Source: Aquabacterium sp. A7-Y
GTDB taxonomy: Bacteria > Pseudomonadota > Gammaproteobacteria > Burkholderiales > Burkholderiaceae_C
NCBI RefSeq assembly: GCF_026153205.1
Contig: NZ_JAPFBW010000026.1
Span: forward strand, 32,315 to 96,314
Direction: 5' to 3'
Length of the DNA: 64,000 bases
Shown here: one piece after another, positions 57,176-64,000 of the stretch
Layout of the letters: the number at the start of each line of letters is the position of its first letter
How positions within the stretch are numbered: position 1 is the first letter of the stretch
Program-made: the position numbers and the translations under genes
The notes under the pieces: generated by a model
Database searches by the model: none
What the model saw: only the letters and a program-made list of their open reading frames with translations
Told to the model about the DNA's origin: nothing

Positions 57176-57571
57176 ATGCGAAACCCCGAGGTCCGACAAC
57201 AGATCGGCCAGCGCCTGCTTGAAGAGCGGGCGCGGCTGGGTCTCACGCAACAGGCGCTCGCGGATGCGATTGGCGCGCCGCGTGTGAGCTTCGTGAAGTA
57301 CGAGTCGGGGCAGTCATCGCCCGCAGCTGAAACGCTCGCTGCGCTTGAGGTTGCCGGCGTCGACGTTCGATACGTCCTCACGGGGTTTCGAACCGCTCCC
57401 TCCGGCGTCGACCGTGACCGGTTCCGGCAAGCTTTTCTCGAAGTTGAGCGGCAGGTGAAGACGAACAAGGAGCGGTTGTCCACCGACGATCGTTTGAGCC
57501 TGGCCTGGCGCATCTACGATGCTCTCAGCCAGGTTCGACCTAGCAGACAAGCGCAGCCTAGCTCCAGATAA
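57176..57571 (+). CDS. XRE-family HTH regulator
   Basis: HTH (LTQQALADAIGAPRVSFVKYESGQ). Confidence 0.7.
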   Translation: MRNPEVRQQIGQRLLEERARLGLTQQALADAIGAPRVSFVKYESGQSSPAAETLAALEVAGVDVRYVLTGFRTAPSGVDRDRFRQAFLEVERQVKTNKERLSTDDRLSLAWRIYDALSQVRPSRQAQPSSR

Positions 57572-57595
57572 ACACTCTGTACACACCCGTCGCCA

Positions 57596-60118
57596 ATGCC
57601 TCTGACCCTTCCCCAACTCGAACGCCACCTGTTCAAAGCCGCCGACATCCTGCGCGGCAAGATGGACGCATCTGAGTACAAGGAATACATCTTCGGGATG
57701 CTGTTCCTCAAGCGCTGCTCGGACGTGTTCGAGCAGCGACGAGAAGAAGTCATCAAGCTTGAGTTGGAGACCGGCAAGAGCCTGGTCGACGCGTCAAAGT
57801 CAGCCGAGAACCCGCGGTGGTACAGGAAGGAGGGCTCATTCTGGGTGCCACCGCACTCTCGGTACATGTATCTGCTCAACGACGCCCACCAGAACGTCGG
57901 CGATTACCTCAACAAGGCGCTCACCGGCATCGAGACGGCTAACACCAGCCTCTACGATGTGCTGGAGCATATCGACTTCACGCGCAAGGTCGGCCAGAGC
58001 AAGATCCCCGACATCAAGCTGCGCCAGCTGATCACGCACTTCGGCATCCACCGCCTGCGCAACGAAGACTTCGAATTCCCCGACCTGCTGGGTGCCGCCT
58101 ACGAGTACCTGATCGGCGAGTTCGCCGACTCGGCCGGCAAAAAGGGAGGCGAGTTCTACACCCCGCGCTCGGTGGTGCGGATGATGGTGCGGCTGATCAA
58201 GCCCGAACTGAAGCACGACATCTATGACCCCTGCTGCGGCTCCGGCGGCATGCTGATCGCGGCCAAGGAGTACATCGACGAGCACGGCGAAGACGGCCGC
58301 AAGGCCAACCTCTTCGGGCAGGAGTTCAACGGCACGGTGTGGTCCATTGCCAAGATGAACATGCTGCTGCACGGCATCAGCACCGCCAACCTGCAGAACG
58401 AGGACACGCTGGCCGAGCCGCAGCACGTTGAAGGTGGGGAGCTGATGCGCTTCGACCGCGTGCTCACCAACCCGCCGTTCTCGATCAACTGGGGCAACAC
58501 CGAGAAGAACGCCGACGACACGCCCGCCTGGGCACCGAAGTTCCCCGAGCGCTTCCGCTTCGGCCAGGTGCCGCTGGGCGCCAAGAAGGCCGACTTGATG
58601 TTCCTGCAGCACATGCTGGCGGTCACCCGCGACCGCGGCATGATCGCCACCGTCATGCCGCACGGCGTGCTCTTCCGCGGCGGCGAAGAGAAGACCATTC
58701 GCGCTGGCGTCATCGATGCCGACCTGCTCGAAGCCGTGGTCGGCGTCGCGCCCAACCTGTTCTACGGCACCGGCATTCCCGCCTGCATTCTGGTGTTGCG
58801 CCAGCAGGTGCAAAGCGGTGCCCGCCGCGTCAGCGGCAAGCCGCCCGAGCGCCAAGGCAAGGTGCTGTTCATCAACGCTGACCGCGAGTTCTTCGAAGGC
58901 CGGGCGCAGAACCACCTGCTGCCCGAGCACATCGAGAAGATCGTCACCACCTTCGACGAGTTCCAGGCCGTGCCCGGGTTTTCGGCCATCGTCGACAACG
59001 CCACGCTGAAGGCCAACGACTACAACCTGAACATCCGCCGCTACGCCGACAACGCCCCGCCACCCGAACCGCACGACGTGCGCGCCCATTTGGTGGGCGG
59101 CGTGCCCAAAGCGGAAGTCGACGCGAAGGCCTCGCTGTTCGCTGCGCACGGTCTGAACCCGCTGGACCTGCTCGTAGAGCGCCCGAACGACCCTACTGGC
59201 AAGTACTTCGACTTCCGCCCTGAGCTCACGAAGCGTCAGGACCTCAAGCCCGCCATCGAAGGCAACGCCGGGCTCGTTGCCAAGGAGGCGGCCATCCGCG
59301 CAGCCTTCGAGCAGTGGTGGCAAGCCCACAGCGCCCGCATCACGGCGCTGGCCGGGCAAATGGACAACGCGGCCAGCCTCGTCGCCCTGCGCAACGACCT
59401 GCTGGCCAGCTTCAGCGAATCGCTCGAAGCCATCGGCCTGCTCGATCCCTTCCAGGTGCGCGGCATCGTGGCCGGCTTTTGGTACCAGACCAAGTACGAG
59501 TTCCTCACCCTGATGGCGCGCGGCGCCAAGGGGGTGGCCGACGCCTGGCGCACCAGCATCGTCACCGCGCTGGAAGACAAGGCCAGCAAGGAAAGCCCGC
59601 TGGAGCACAAGCTTGTCAAGTTCCTGATGAGCGACTTCGTCGAGGCGATCAACGAACTGGAGGCGAAGAAGGCCGAGTTGGACAGCCAGATCAAGGCGGC
59701 CAGCCCCAAAGACGCCGAAGGTGAGGACGGTGCCGATGCGGCGACTGGTGACGAGGCCGCGGATGGGGATGGCGACGAGGAGAACCCGGTCGAGGAAGCC
59801 CAACTCAAGACCTGGAAGAAGGAACTCGCCGCCGTCAAGAAGCAGCTCAAGGCCAAGAACGACAGCTTCAAGCAGCATATCAACGCCGCCGTCGATGGCC
59901 TCTCACCCGAGCAGGCGGCCAATCTGCTGCTGACCATCCTGCACAACGACATGCGTGCGATCGTCGAGCGCTACATCGCCGCTCAACGCAAAGCCATCGT
60001 CGTCGCGTTCGACAACTGGTGGGCCAAATACCGCGTGACGCTGACCGAGATCAAGGACAAGCGCGATGCGGCGGCGCAAGCGCTGCAGGGATTTTTGAAG
60101 GGGTTGCGGTATGTCTGA
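57596..60118 (+). CDS. hsdM: type I restriction-modification N6-adenine DNA methyltransferase subunit HsdM with long C-terminal extension
   Basis: HsdM N-domain, NPPF motif ([11 protein letters not shown]). 840 aa. Confidence 0.85.
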   Translation: MPLTLPQLERHLFKAADILRGKMDASEYKEYIFGMLFLKRCSDVFEQRREEVIKLELETGKSLVDASKSAENPRWYRKEGSFWVPPHSRYMYLLNDAHQNVGDYLNKALTGIETANTSLYDVLEHIDFTRKVGQSKIPDIKLRQLITHFGIHRLRNEDFEFPDLLGAAYEYLIGEFADSAGKKGGEFYTPRSVVRMMVRLIKPELKHDIYDPCCGSGGMLIAAKEYIDEHGEDGRKANLFGQEFNGTVWSIAKMNMLLHGISTANLQNEDTLAEPQHVEGGELMRFDRVLTNPPFSINWGNTEKNADDTPAWAPKFPERFRFGQVPLGAKKADLMFLQHMLAVTRDRGMIATVMPHGVLFRGGEEKTIRAGVIDADLLEAVVGVAPNLFYGTGIPACILVLRQQVQSGARRVSGKPPERQGKVLFINADREFFEGRAQNHLLPEHIEKIVTTFDEFQAVPGFSAIVDNATLKANDYNLNIRRYADNAPPPEPHDVRAHLVGGVPKAEVDAKASLFAAHGLNPLDLLVERPNDPTGKYFDFRPELTKRQDLKPAIEGNAGLVAKEAAIRAAFEQWWQAHSARITALAGQMDNAASLVALRNDLLASFSESLEAIGLLDPFQVRGIVAGFWYQTKYEFLTLMARGAKGVADAWRTSIVTALEDKASKESPLEHKLVKFLMSDFVEAINELEAKKAELDSQIKAASPKDAEGEDGADAATGDEAADGDGDEENPVEEAQLKTWKKELAAVKKQLKAKNDSFKQHINAAVDGLSPEQAANLLLTILHNDMRAIVERYIAAQRKAIVVAFDNWWAKYRVTLTEIKDKRDAAAQALQGFLKGLRYV

Positions 60119-61409
60119 GCCCTGGAAAGAAGCCACGATTGCTCAATGTCTTGCCACGTCATTTGCGGGCGAATGGGGTACCGAACCGAAACCCGGCAAC
60201 GCGCTGGTGTTCCGGGCTACCGACATCGACGACGAGGGGCGAATTGTTGGCAATGGTGCTGAGAGGCGATTGCCGATTGGCAAGCTGACCGCAAAGCGGC
60301 TACAGGATGGCGACATACTGCTGGAAGGCTCTGGCGGTGGGCCAGACAAGCCCGTGGGTCGCGTGGCGTACTTTGCTGGCGACGACAGCGCTGGTCCCGC
60401 TGTCTGCTCGAACTTCTTCAAGACCCTTCGACCTGCTCGCGATCGAGTCGACTCTCGGTTTCTGCTTAGGAAGTTGGCGTGGTTCTACAAGCAAGCGCCG
60501 ATTCTTGCGCTCCAGCAGCAGACCACTGGCATCATCAATCTGAAGTTTGAGGAGTACCTTGCGTCGCCGATCACGGTGCCGCTCTCGATCGCAGAGCAAA
60601 GCACGATCGCGCACGTCCTCGACACCCTTGACACCGCCATCCACGAAACCGAGGCGATCATCGCCAAGCTCAAGGCTGTTAAGCAGGGCCTACTGCACGA
60701 TCTGCTGACGCGCGGCATCGATGCCAACGGCGAACTGCGTCCGCCCCAGGCTGAGGCGCCGCATCTCTACAAGCCGTCGCCGCTAGGGTGGATTCCGAAG
60801 GAGTGGGATGTTGTCTTGCTAGACCGTGTCGCAGTTCGGGGCAGCGGTCACACGCCGAGCAAGAGCATTCCGTCGTATTGGAATGGAGGCATCAAGTGGG
60901 TTTCTTTGGCCGACTCCCATCGTCTGGACAACATCTACATTGACGAGACGGACAAGGAGATCAGCGTTCTTGGTATCGCCAACTCTTCGGCTGTCTTGCA
61001 TACCGCGGGAACTGTGGTTCTTTCGCGAGACGCTGGGGTAGGAAAAAGCGCGGTGCTTGCACGTGACATGGCTGTAAGCCAGCACTTCATGGCATGGCGA
61101 TGCGGAGACCAACTGAACAATCTGTTCTTGTACTTCTATCTGCAACGTGAGAAACCTAGGTTCGAGGCGATTGCACTTGGGAGCACAGTCAAGACGATTG
61201 GCTTGTCTTTCTTCAAGAGCTATATGGTGGCGCTCCCAAGCCGCGCTGAGCAGGACCAAGCGGTCACCTCATTGATGTCCATGGAACGAAACTTGTCCGA
61301 CCATCTTGCAGAAGTCGACAAGCTCCGCGACTTCAAACTCGGCATCATGGACGACCTCCTCACCGGACGCGTCCGCGTCACGCCGCTGCTGGAAGCCACC
61401 GCCGCATGA
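60111..61409 (+). CDS. hsdS: type I restriction-modification specificity subunit HsdS
   Basis: Two target-recognition domains separated by conserved coiled regions. Overlaps hsdM by 8 nt. Confidence 0.8.
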   Translation: MSEPWKEATIAQCLATSFAGEWGTEPKPGNALVFRATDIDDEGRIVGNGAERRLPIGKLTAKRLQDGDILLEGSGGGPDKPVGRVAYFAGDDSAGPAVCSNFFKTLRPARDRVDSRFLLRKLAWFYKQAPILALQQQTTGIINLKFEEYLASPITVPLSIAEQSTIAHVLDTLDTAIHETEAIIAKLKAVKQGLLHDLLTRGIDANGELRPPQAEAPHLYKPSPLGWIPKEWDVVLLDRVAVRGSGHTPSKSIPSYWNGGIKWVSLADSHRLDNIYIDETDKEISVLGIANSSAVLHTAGTVVLSRDAGVGKSAVLARDMAVSQHFMAWRCGDQLNNLFLYFYLQREKPRFEAIALGSTVKTIGLSFFKSYMVALPSRAEQDQAVTSLMSMERNLSDHLAEVDKLRDFKLGIMDDLLTGRVRVTPLLEATAA

Positions 61410-63061
61410 ACCACCTCCTGCCGCCCGCCGAATCCCTGACGGTCGAGTTCAAGAGCGACCGGAGGCGCCTGCCTGACCACGAACTGGTCGAGGCGGTGGT
61501 GTGCCTCGCCAACACCGAGGGCGGCGAGCTGTGGCTGGGGGTGGAGGACGACGGCACTCCCACTGGGCTACACCCCGATCACCAGATGCTGATCGGCTTG
61601 CCCGGCCTGATTGCGGCGCGCACCTCGCCCTCGCTCAACGTGACGGTCGACACGGTGGAAGTGAACGGGCTGCCTGTCGCCCGCATCGCGGTGCCCAAGG
61701 CGCGCGCGGTCGTGGCGACGGCTAGCGGTGTCTATGTGCGGCGGCGGCTCAAACACGACGGCAAGCCCGAATGCACGCCGATGCTGCCGCACGAGCGCGA
61801 GAGCCGCGCCGCCAGCCTGGGGCTGACGGATGTGTCCTCGCAGCCGGTGGCCGGCGCCACGCTGGCCGACCTGGACCCGCTGGAGCGCGAACGCCTGCGC
61901 CAGGCGGTGCAGCAGTATGGCGGCGACCGCGTGCTGCTGGAGCTGGACGACGAGGCGCTGGACGGCGCGTTGGGGCTCACGGTGCGCGAGCCCGATGGCA
62001 GCCGCCTGCCCACTTTGACGGGCCTGCTGCTCGTGGGCCGCGAGAGCGCCTTGCGCGAACGCGTGCCCACGCACGAGTTCGCCTTTCAGGTGCTGGCGCA
62101 ACAGGCCGTGCGCTTCAACGAGTTCCGCCGCTTTCCGCTGCTGAAGGCGCTGGACTGGCTGGAGACCAACTTCCGCCCCTACAACCCGGAAGAGGAGTTG
62201 CAGGTGGGCCTGTTCCGCGTGCCGGTGCCGATGGTGGACATGGCGGCCTTTCGCGAGGCGGTGGCCAATGCGCTGATCCACCGCGATTACCACCGCCTGG
62301 GCGCGGTGCACGTGCGGCTGGAGGACGACGCCCTGGTGATCAGCAACCCGGGCGGGCTGGTGGAGGGCGTGACGCTGGCCAACCTGCTGGTGACCGAGCC
62401 GCGCCCGCGCAACCGCACGCTGGCCGATGCCATGAAGCGCATCGGCGTGGTCGAGCGCTCGGGCCGCGGCGTGGACACCATCTACCGCGGCATGCTGAAG
62501 TTCGGCCGGCCGGCGCCGGACTATTCGCGCACGGATGCGCACGGCGTGGTGGTGCGCCTGCCCACCGAGCCGGCCGATCTGGACTTTCGCCGCCTGGTGG
62601 TCGAAGAAGAACGTCGCCGCAGCGCCGAGTTACCGATTGACAGCCTGATCGCGCTGGCGGCGGTGCGGGAGTTGAAACGCATGACGGCTGACGAACTGGC
62701 CCAGCGCATCCAGCGGGACGCCGCGAGCGCGAAGCGCACGCTGGAGGCCTTGACCGAGGTCGGGTTGGTGGAGGCGCACGGCAACACGCGCGGGCGCAGC
62801 TACACGCTCTCAGCCGCGGTGTACCGGCAGGCGGGCGACAAGGCCGGCTACGTTCGGCAGGCCGGGTTCACCCCGCTGCAGAACGAGCAGATGGTGTTGA
62901 GCTACGTGCGACAGCATGGGCAGATCCGGCGCGCGGAGGTGATGGCGCTGTGCCGGCTCAGCGAGGGGCAGGCCAAGGAGCTGATTCGCAAGCTGAAGGA
63001 GCGCGGCGAGTTGGTACAACATGGCGAGCGCCGCGCGGCCTACTACACGGCCAGCCCCTGA
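61406..63061 (+). CDS. AlbA_2 (Schlafen-like) divergent-AAA / HATPase-like putative DNA-binding protein embedded in the hsd operon
   Basis: N-terminal ESLTVEFK...LANTEGGELWLGVEDDG (AlbA_2 signature). C-terminal winged-helix-like region. ATGA overlap with hsdS. Confidence 0.65.
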   Translation: MNHLLPPAESLTVEFKSDRRRLPDHELVEAVVCLANTEGGELWLGVEDDGTPTGLHPDHQMLIGLPGLIAARTSPSLNVTVDTVEVNGLPVARIAVPKARAVVATASGVYVRRRLKHDGKPECTPMLPHERESRAASLGLTDVSSQPVAGATLADLDPLERERLRQAVQQYGGDRVLLELDDEALDGALGLTVREPDGSRLPTLTGLLLVGRESALRERVPTHEFAFQVLAQQAVRFNEFRRFPLLKALDWLETNFRPYNPEEELQVGLFRVPVPMVDMAAFREAVANALIHRDYHRLGAVHVRLEDDALVISNPGGLVEGVTLANLLVTEPRPRNRTLADAMKRIGVVERSGRGVDTIYRGMLKFGRPAPDYSRTDAHGVVVRLPTEPADLDFRRLVVEEERRRSAELPIDSLIALAAVRELKRMTADELAQRIQRDAASAKRTLEALTEVGLVEAHGNTRGRSYTLSAAVYRQAGDKAGYVRQAGFTPLQNEQMVLSYVRQHGQIRRAEVMALCRLSEGQAKELIRKLKERGELVQHGERRAAYYTASP

Positions 63062-63151
63062 TCGGGCCGCCGGTTTGGACGGAAACGGGCGGTTTTGGAT
63101 GGTTATGGATGGCTTTGGATGGAGCCATCCAATCGGGAAGGAGCGTCGCTG

Positions 63152-64000
63152 ATGGGCAGGGAACTCGAAGACGTCGAAAAGCCGTTCGTCGCGCAATTGC
63201 AGGGGCTGGGCTGGACGCACGTCGAAGGCAGCCTGGACCAGCCGGCCGCCACCCGTCGCGGCAGCTTCGCCGAGGTGATCCAGAACGGCGTGCTGCGCGA
63301 GCGCCTGCGCGCCCTGAACCCCGGCCCCGACGGCCAGCCCTGGCTGGACGATGATCGCCTGTCGGAGGCGGTGGCCGCCGTCACCCGCTTGGGCACCCAC
63401 AAGCTGATGGAGGCCAACCAGAAGGCCACCGAGCTGCTGATCAAGGGCCTGACCGTCGAAGGCCTGCCGGGCTGGGACGGCGGCCGGGGTCAGACCCTGC
63501 GCTACATCGACTGGGACACGCCGGGCAACAACCGCTTCACCGTCGTGAACCAGTTCCGCGTCGATTGCCCGCCGGGCTTCAACAGCGCCAAGGCGTTCAT
63601 CGTGCCCGACCTGGTGCTGCTGGTGAACGGCATCCCGCTGGTGGTGGTGGAATGCAAGAGCCCGTCCATCCCTGAGCCCTTGGCGGAGGCCGTCGACCAG
63701 CTGCGCCGCTACAGCAACCAGCGCAAAGCGGCCTTCGAGATCGACGACAACGAAGGCAACGAGGCGCTGTTCTCCACCAACCAGCTGCTCATCGCCAGTT
63801 GCGTGGATGAGGCGCGGGTGGGCTGCATCGGCACCGGCTTCGAGCACTTCGCGCAGTGGAAGACCGTGGTCGGCCCGGACGGCAGCGGGTCCGAGGCCGA
63901 GGTGGCCCACGCGCTGCGCAAGACCCGGCTCAACGAGCAGGAGCGCCTGATCGCCGGCCTGCTGGCGCCCGCTCATCTGCTGGACGTGGTGAAGAACTTC
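63152..64000 (+). CDS. hsdR: type I restriction enzyme R subunit HsdR, N-terminal part (3' partial)
   Basis: HSDR_N-like domain (…VPDLVLLVNGIPLVVVECKSP…). GGGAAGGAG RBS. The frame is open to the window end. Confidence 0.75.
   Translation, partial: MGRELEDVEKPFVAQLQGLGWTHVEGSLDQPAATRRGSFAEVIQNGVLRERLRALNPGPDGQPWLDDDRLSEAVAAVTRLGTHKLMEANQKATELLIKGLTVEGLPGWDGGRGQTLRYIDWDTPGNNRFTVVNQFRVDCPPGFNSAKAFIVPDLVLLVNGIPLVVVECKSPSIPEPLAEAVDQLRRYSNQRKAAFEIDDNEGNEALFSTNQLLIASCVDEARVGCIGTGFEHFAQWKTVVGPDGSGSEAEVAHALRKTRLNEQERLIAGLLAPAHLLDVVKNF

Noticed and set aside
61568-63976. Long minus-strand ORFs (324 and 388 aa) antisense to the AlbA_2 and hsdR genes
   Set aside because: Antisense GC artefacts. The plus-strand genes have strong family signatures and operon coupling.

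Overview
High-GC (about 67%) proteobacterial chromosomal window, probably a Betaproteobacterium of Burkholderiales type (three PEP-CTERM proteins, a 7TMR-DISM GGDEF protein). Three parts stand out. (1) Bases 1-13.8 kb hold a tightly packed, translationally coupled lipid/polyketide-like biosynthetic locus that I cannot match to any characterised pathway: a ketosynthase (KS) plus a Cys-less KS-like chain-length-factor (CLF) partner, a FabG-type ketoreductase, a FadH-like enoyl reductase, a histidine-box desaturase, an AlkB-like hydroxylase, two PF10118 hydrolase domains (one fused to an acyltransferase-like domain with an HxxxNG motif), a PPTase, a WS/DGAT acyltransferase and a fatty-acyl reductase. 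An unusual 4 x 63-bp tandem repeat sits inside it and re-iterates the RBS and start codon of the fusion gene. (2) 13.8-45 kb is a housekeeping/accessory mix: a PP2C-kinase fusion, a zeta-toxin-like pair, fabV, LysR/GlxA/Crp/GbsR regulators, an ECF sigma factor next to a FolE2-FNR fusion gene, a LysM/SLT-LprI pair, and a 1.5-kb non-coding patch (29.9-31.4 kb) holding an orphan promoter-terminator unit and three degenerate tRNA-like elements. (3) 45.6-64 kb is a mobile-element mosaic: a frameshifted tlde1-like effector pseudogene, two 489-bp direct repeats each carrying a 79-aa membrane-protein gene, IS21 and IS5 fragments, an intact IS110, a truncated LysR gene, an orphan anti-sigma factor, an HTH/PIN toxin-antitoxin pair, duplicated XRE modules and a type I restriction-modification operon (hsdM-hsdS-AlbA_2-hsdR). 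Many long ORFs in the six-frame track are antisense or alternate-frame artefacts of the high GC content and are rejected. Coordinates I derived by hand may be off by 1-3 nt.
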